Assembly (NCBI GenBank): GCA_041564295.1
Contig: JBFGQG010000001.1
Coordinates: 1-36,826, forward strand
Direction: 5' to 3'
Length of the DNA stretch: 36,826 nucleotides
Origin: Anaerolineales bacterium
GTDB lineage: Bacteria; Chloroflexota; Anaerolineae; Anaerolineales; JABWBV01
Part shown: positions 32,998-36,826 of the stretch, piece after piece
Numbering within the stretch: the first letter of the stretch is position 1
How the letters are laid out: every line of letters starts with the position of its first letter
Position numbers and translations under genes: made by a program
Notes under the pieces: generated by a model
The model's input: the letters and a program-made list of their open reading frames with translations, nothing else
The model's database searches: none
What the model was told of the DNA's origin: nothing

Positions 32998-33693
32998 GTG
33001 CAGAAAAATTATGAGAATCAGCAGTTAGACGCAGCGATTCGCCATTTTGTCTACACTTTTTTTGCCGGCGAAGCCCGTCCCCCCAGCACACAAGAGGCTG
33101 CAACCCAGCTCGGTCTGTCCGTAGCTGGAGTTGAGGCGGCATTCGAACGCCTGGCGGAAGAGCACCATCTCGTCCTGGCGCCAGGCACGCATACCATCTG
33201 GATGGCGCATCCTTTTTCCGGTCTTCCGACGAATTACAGCACACGTATCGGCTCGCAAACTTATTGGGCGAACTGTGCCTGGGATGTTTTTGGCATTGCA
33301 GCGATTCTGGGGAAAAACGCAACCGCCGATATTCCGTGCGGCTGCGGGGTGTGCAACCGACAGATAGTATTGGAAATAAATCCTGATGAAAGGATCGAAT
33401 CGAACTGGTTGGTGCACTTTGTTGTACCGGCCGCGCAGTTTTGGGATCGCATCGGGTATACCTGAGCAACGATTCTCCCCTTCAGTTCGAAGGAACACCT
33501 GGCTGACTGGTTGGACCGGCGTGGATTGCGCCAGGGATACACGATGTCCGTACAAACCTGTTGGGACCTTGCGCAGCGCTGGTACACCGGAAGAATGGAC
33601 CGCGATTGGTCGCGCCCTGATGTTGCAACTGTTCAAGAAATGTTCGATACTCTGGGTCTTTCGGGATCGTTTTGGGCGTTGACCGGAAACTGA
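32998..33693 (+). CDS. alkylmercury lyase (MerB) family protein interrupted by a single in-frame TGA at 33463-33465 (candidate selenocysteine codon, or a pseudogene)
   Basis: GTG at 32998 with AGGAG 5 nt upstream. YWANCAWDVFGIAAILG matches MerB LYAWCALDTLIFPALIG. The ORFs 32998-33465 and 33466-33693 are in the same frame. The downstream part, ATILPFSSKEHLADW, matches MerB CHVHFFASVPTAEDW. Confidence 0.6.
33479..33493 (+). other. small hairpin 13 nt downstream of the in-frame TGA (weak SECIS candidate)
   Basis: CCUUC-AGUUC-GAAGG, read directly. Only 5 bp; the loop has G at its second position. Confidence 0.2.
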
Positions 33694-33875
33694 AAAATAC
33701 GCGACAAAGCCGGATTGTGCAATGACCCCTACCAAAAGATATAAGCGGTTTCGGGGGGATAGCTTCGTTCTATGCGTTGTGCAGCAGAGATCCGGGAGAA
33801 TATCTGAGTGCTTTCAGTCCGGTCCCTTTCCGAACCTTGCGCTTTGCGATAAGATGGGCAGCAGAGACGACCACC

Positions 33876-34505
33876 ATGTTCATTACCTTAGAAGGCCCTG
33901 ACGGCAGCGGAAAGACCACCCAAATGTTGATGCTGGCTGAAGCGCTCAATGCGCGCGGCCGGACAGTATTCACCACCCGTGAACCCGGTGGGACGGATAT
34001 CAGCGACCAGATTCGCAATATCCTGCTTGACCATGAGAACAAAGCTATGGTGCCGCGTACGGAAATCCTCTTATTCCTGGCGTCCCGCAGCCAGCATACG
34101 GAAGAAGTCATTCGACCGCGCCTGGCGGCCGGGGAAATCGTCATTTGCGACCGGTATCGTGATTCAACGATCGCGTACCAGGGGTACGGGCGCGGCGTGG
34201 ACATTGTACTGCTCCACCAGTTGAACGATTTTGCCACGAACGGCCTGCTGCCTGACCTGACGTTGCTGCTGGATGTTTCCGCAGAGACCGGGTTGAAGCG
34301 CCGGGCGAGCGACGGGGACTGGAATCGCCTGGATGCCGATGCCGTCGATTTCCACCGGCGCGTCCAGGCCGGCTACCACGAACTGGTGAAAGCCGAACCG
34401 GCGCGTTGGGTCGTAATTGATGCGAATCGGGAAAAAGACGAGGTGCAGCGAGACCTGCTGGAGGCCGTACTCGCACGGCTTACCGAAGCGGGTGCAGTAC
34501 GTTAA
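33876..34505 (+). CDS. tmk: dTMP (thymidylate) kinase
   Basis: MFITLEGPDGSGKTTQ P-loop, TREPGGT, DRYRDSTIAYQGYGRG. I chose the ATG at 33876; the longer ORF-track N-terminus has no homology signal. Confidence 0.9.
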   Translation: MFITLEGPDGSGKTTQMLMLAEALNARGRTVFTTREPGGTDISDQIRNILLDHENKAMVPRTEILLFLASRSQHTEEVIRPRLAAGEIVICDRYRDSTIAYQGYGRGVDIVLLHQLNDFATNGLLPDLTLLLDVSAETGLKRRASDGDWNRLDADAVDFHRRVQAGYHELVKAEPARWVVIDANREKDEVQRDLLEAVLARLTEAGAVR

Positions 34506-34915
34506 ACATCGATAATATCGTCACCGCCAGGACTGCCGCCAAGACCTTCTGCAAGGTCAGGCATGGAAGCTTCGATGTCTTCGGGGCTCTGGCCTTTTTC
34601 CAGGCGATCGACGACTTCATCAAATTCCGGGCCGAGGTCTTCCCCCATTTCCGTGCTCATTTTGCGCATCAGGCGCCCCATGGCCTGCGGATCGTCCTCC
34701 AGGCCTTCGAGCGCATCCGGGTTGGAAAACATCGAATCGAGGTCATCCATCCTGGAATCTTCAGAGCGCAGGAAACGGACCCGGTCAATCAGGCGTTTTA
34801 AATCAGCGCTTTCACAAAAAGGACAGACGACTGTAACAGTATCGTAATCTTTGTATGAAAGGAATTTTCGAAACTTTTTTCCGCAGTTCTGGCAATGATA
34901 TCCGTAACGAGGCAT
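34502..34915 (-). CDS. FmdB-family zinc-ribbon (CxxC-x-CxxC) putative regulatory protein with an acidic tail
   Basis: MPRYGYHCQNCGKKF...VVCPFCES. The C-terminal two thirds are Asp/Glu-rich. Confidence 0.8.
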   Translation of the reverse strand: MPRYGYHCQNCGKKFRKFLSYKDYDTVTVVCPFCESADLKRLIDRVRFLRSEDSRMDDLDSMFSNPDALEGLEDDPQAMGRLMRKMSTEMGEDLGPEFDEVVDRLEKGQSPEDIEASMPDLAEGLGGSPGGDDIIDV

Positions 34916-34926
34916 GTTCTATCTCC

Positions 34927-34956
34927 GTGATATTGAGATTCGAGGGACATTATAAT
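34927..34956 (+). promoter_or_regulatory. candidate promoter for the homoserine dehydrogenase gene
   Basis: GTGATA (34927-34932), 18-nt spacer, perfect TATAAT (34951-34956). This implies a ~115-nt leader. Confidence 0.3.
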
Positions 34957-35079
34957 TCGAGTCAGCAATGATGGTGCCAGGTTCCAGGTGCAGAGTGCAA
35001 AAATCCCGGCACCGAGTACCTGGACTCTGACACCTTACAGCCAACCACCTAACCACCTAACCAACGAACCATTAAAACC

Positions 35080-36105
35080 ATGAAACATTACAAACTTGCA
35101 TTACTGGGCTTTGGAAACGTCGGGCGAGCGCTGGCCCGGCTGTTTTTGGAAAAAGAAGAAACCCTCCGCAGCGATTACGGCATCACATTTTCTATCACCG
35201 GAGTCGCCACCGGCAGCAAAGGCCGTGCAGTCGACCCGGCCGGGCTTGACATCCAGAAGGTGCTGGCTCTTGTTGAGGGGGGGCAGTCGATCGATAGCCT
35301 GTCTAAACGGGTTGTTCAGGATAATTTTGACTTCCTTGCTGCCAGCGAAGCAGACGTGATGTTCGAGAATACGCCGGTCAGCTATGCAGACGGGCAGCCC
35401 GCCGTGGACCATATCCGCGCGGCGCTTGAGATGAGCATGCACGTGGCTACTGCAAACAAGGGACCTGTCGTCCATGCCTATTATGAACTGACGGCGCTCG
35501 CGGCCTCGCGAGGCGTCCGGTTCTTTTTCGAATCGACTGTAATGGACGGCGCCCCTCTGTTCGGACTGTTTCGCGGTGCACTGCCTGCTGCAGAGGTGAA
35601 AGCGATCCGGGGCGTATTGAATTCAACGACCAATCTGATCCTATCCCGGATGGAAAAGGGCGATTCGTTCGACCAGGCGGTTGCATATGCCCAGGAGATC
35701 GGCATTGCAGAGACAGATCCAAGCGGCGATATCGACGGCTGGGATGCTTCTATCAAGATTGCTGCGCTGACTACGGTTCTCATGGGCGTCCCCCTTAAGC
35801 CGGCCGAGGTCGATAGAGAGGGCATTCGTGAAATTGGACCGGCTGAGGTGGCGCACGCAAAGGCAGCGGGCAAACGCTGGAAGCTGGTCTGTACTTCCGA
35901 GCGCACGGGCGAAGGCGTGCAGGCGCGCGTTGCGCCAGAGCTTGTGGGCGTGGAATCACCGATGTACGGCGTGGAAGGGACAACTTCGATTGTCCAGTTC
36001 AAGACTGACGTACTGGGCTTGCTTTCCCTTGTGGAAGAAGATCCGGGAGTACATACCACGGCATATGGCCTTCTTGCCGACTTCCTTAACGCCGTGAAAG
36101 ATTAG
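35080..36105 (+). CDS. hom: homoserine dehydrogenase family protein (short form)
   Basis: N-terminal Rossmann LALLGFGNVGRAL, ATANKGP, and a C-terminal catalytic domain with DPSGDIDGWDASIKIAALT. Confidence 0.8.
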   Translation: MKHYKLALLGFGNVGRALARLFLEKEETLRSDYGITFSITGVATGSKGRAVDPAGLDIQKVLALVEGGQSIDSLSKRVVQDNFDFLAASEADVMFENTPVSYADGQPAVDHIRAALEMSMHVATANKGPVVHAYYELTALAASRGVRFFFESTVMDGAPLFGLFRGALPAAEVKAIRGVLNSTTNLILSRMEKGDSFDQAVAYAQEIGIAETDPSGDIDGWDASIKIAALTTVLMGVPLKPAEVDREGIREIGPAEVAHAKAAGKRWKLVCTSERTGEGVQARVAPELVGVESPMYGVEGTTSIVQFKTDVLGLLSLVEEDPGVHTTAYGLLADFLNAVKD

Positions 36106-36629
36106 CCTTCCGGATAATGCACGATCGTGCAGCCGTAGGGCTGTGCTTCCCCGACCGGCGGGGATTTTCCGGCAAGCAATGCATTTACTGCCTCGCGCAG
36201 ATAATTCGTCGAGGCTGTTTTCTTTCGAAACGTCACATCGTCGAATGCCCCCTGGTAGCGCAGCCTGCCGTCCACGTCGATAACGTAAATGTGAGGCGTC
36301 GTCTCAGCGCCGAAGGCCGCTGCTACCAGCCGGTCATGATCATGCAGGACCAGCGGTAGTTTCCTGTTATTGGCCTCGCGCTCGATTTCTTCCAAAGTTT
36401 CGTTGGCATTGGGGGCGATGTACATCCATACGACGCGGCTTTCCCATGTTTCTCTCAAGTCCGCGATCTCCTCGTCGGCGCGTTTCGACCAGGGACATTC
36501 GGCAGACCAGAAATTGACCACCACAATTTGTCCCCGATAATGACTCAGTGTATGCGGGTGGCCGTCCAGGTCACGGAGAAGGAAATCGGGTACGATTTCG
36601 CCGGTTTTCAGCGTTGTTTCAGGTGACAT
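36102..36629 (-). CDS. thioredoxin-fold redoxin (AhpC/TSA-TlpA-like, CxxS motif)
   Basis: VVVNFWSAECPWSKR. I chose the ATG at 36629 because AAGGA lies 7 nt upstream; the ATG at 36650 is an alternative. Confidence 0.8.
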   Translation of the reverse strand: MSPETTLKTGEIVPDFLLRDLDGHPHTLSHYRGQIVVVNFWSAECPWSKRADEEIADLRETWESRVVWMYIAPNANETLEEIEREANNRKLPLVLHDHDRLVAAAFGAETTPHIYVIDVDGRLRYQGAFDDVTFRKKTASTNYLREAVNALLAGKSPPVGEAQPYGCTIVHYPEG

Positions 36630-36658
36630 TGCAGTTTCCTTATTATTCATTCCCTGGT

Positions 36659-36826
36659 TCACGGCAACCAATATGGTGAAAAACCGTTTATTACCAGGCG
36701 AATGGCTGGAGAGCCGTCGATGTTGATTATCCAGATTTCTGGAGCTTCATTCAGGTCGGCCTGGTTTGAGCGGACAAATGCAACGTGGGCCTTATCCGGG
36801 TGCCAGGTGAACCCAGTATGGTTAAA
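36659..36826 (-). CDS. 3' end of a PD40/TolB-like beta-propeller repeat protein; the start lies beyond the window
   Basis: My own translation of the minus strand: FNHTGFTWHPDKAHVAFVRSNQADLNEAPEIWIINIDGSPAIRLVINGFSPYWLP, then a TGA stop at 36661-36659. It is too short to appear in the ORF track. Confidence 0.45.
   Translation of the reverse strand, partial: FNHTGFTWHPDKAHVAFVRSNQADLNEAPEIWIINIDGSPAIRLVINGFSPYWLP

Noticed and set aside
33463-33465. Global reassignment of TGA (genetic code 4/25) as the explanation for the in-frame TGA in the MerB-like gene
   Set aside because: Several well-supported genes in the window terminate at TGA at the expected family length. Examples are the first aldo/keto reductase at 1684-1686, the DinB gene at 3545-3547 and yhfC at 14605-14607. 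TGA is therefore a normal stop in this genome.
32826-33700. tRNA-Leu as the integration site of a genomic island carrying the MerB-like gene
   Set aside because: I saw no integrase, excisionase or transposase nearby. I found no direct repeat of the tRNA 3' end downstream. The only partial match, ttcgattcc near 10180, lies inside a coding region on the other side. There is no mer operon context (merR, merA, merT or merP).
34968-35030. 20-codon uORF (MMVPGSRCRVQKSRHRVPGL) in the hom leader as an attenuation leader peptide
   Set aside because: It has no SD and no run of Thr, Ile, Met or Lys regulatory codons. It probably arises by chance within the structured leader.
1-36826. CRISPR arrays, IS elements, prophage genes, toxin-antitoxin pairs and recognisable defence systems
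   Set aside because: Reading the window, I found no regularly spaced direct repeats, no transposase, integrase, Cas or phage-like ORFs, and no small paired ORFs with TA-like features.

Overview
This is a densely coding, moderately GC-rich chromosomal segment. I saw no transposase, integrase, CRISPR array or rRNA. Gene content hints at a Chloroflexota-like organism: a ycf45-type R3H ATPase, an LLM-type oxidoreductase and many beta-propeller ectodomains. That assignment is inference with low confidence.

Nt 1-16200 is mostly housekeeping or accessory:
- two aldo/keto reductases
- DinB-fold proteins, an MFS exporter and an ArsR-type regulator
- a long minus-strand string: pdxS-pdxT, a GNAT-like protein, an R3H/AAA ATPase, glgC, an ICMT-like methyltransferase, an LLM oxidoreductase and a NUDIX hydrolase
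- a YhfC-type membrane protease bracketed by two identical 14-bp palindromes
- an alpha/beta hydrolase with a wHTH regulator

Nt 16250-24240 looks like an ABC-transporter-dependent glycan locus:
- a sulfotransferase
- Wzm-like and Wzt-like transporter subunits
- an 893-aa methyltransferase/coiled-coil/GT2/GT2 fusion
- a secreted, internally duplicated 620-aa protein

Nt 24275-32575 is the most unusual block. It is a minus-strand operon with these parts in order:
- an ECF sigma factor
- a zinc-type anti-sigma factor with a WD40 ectodomain
- a membrane-anchored beta-propeller protein
- a DppB-like permease
- a DppC-like permease fused to two more copies of the same beta-propeller module

This operon carries no ATPase and no binding protein in cis.

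The right end carries tRNA-Leu(CAA), tmk, an FmdB zinc-ribbon protein, homoserine dehydrogenase and a redoxin. It also carries a MerB-family gene with an in-frame TGA. That TGA falls exactly at the position of the catalytic Cys159 of MerB, so the gene is either a candidate selenoprotein or a pseudogene.

All calls come from reading the sequence and the ORF translations; no searches were run.
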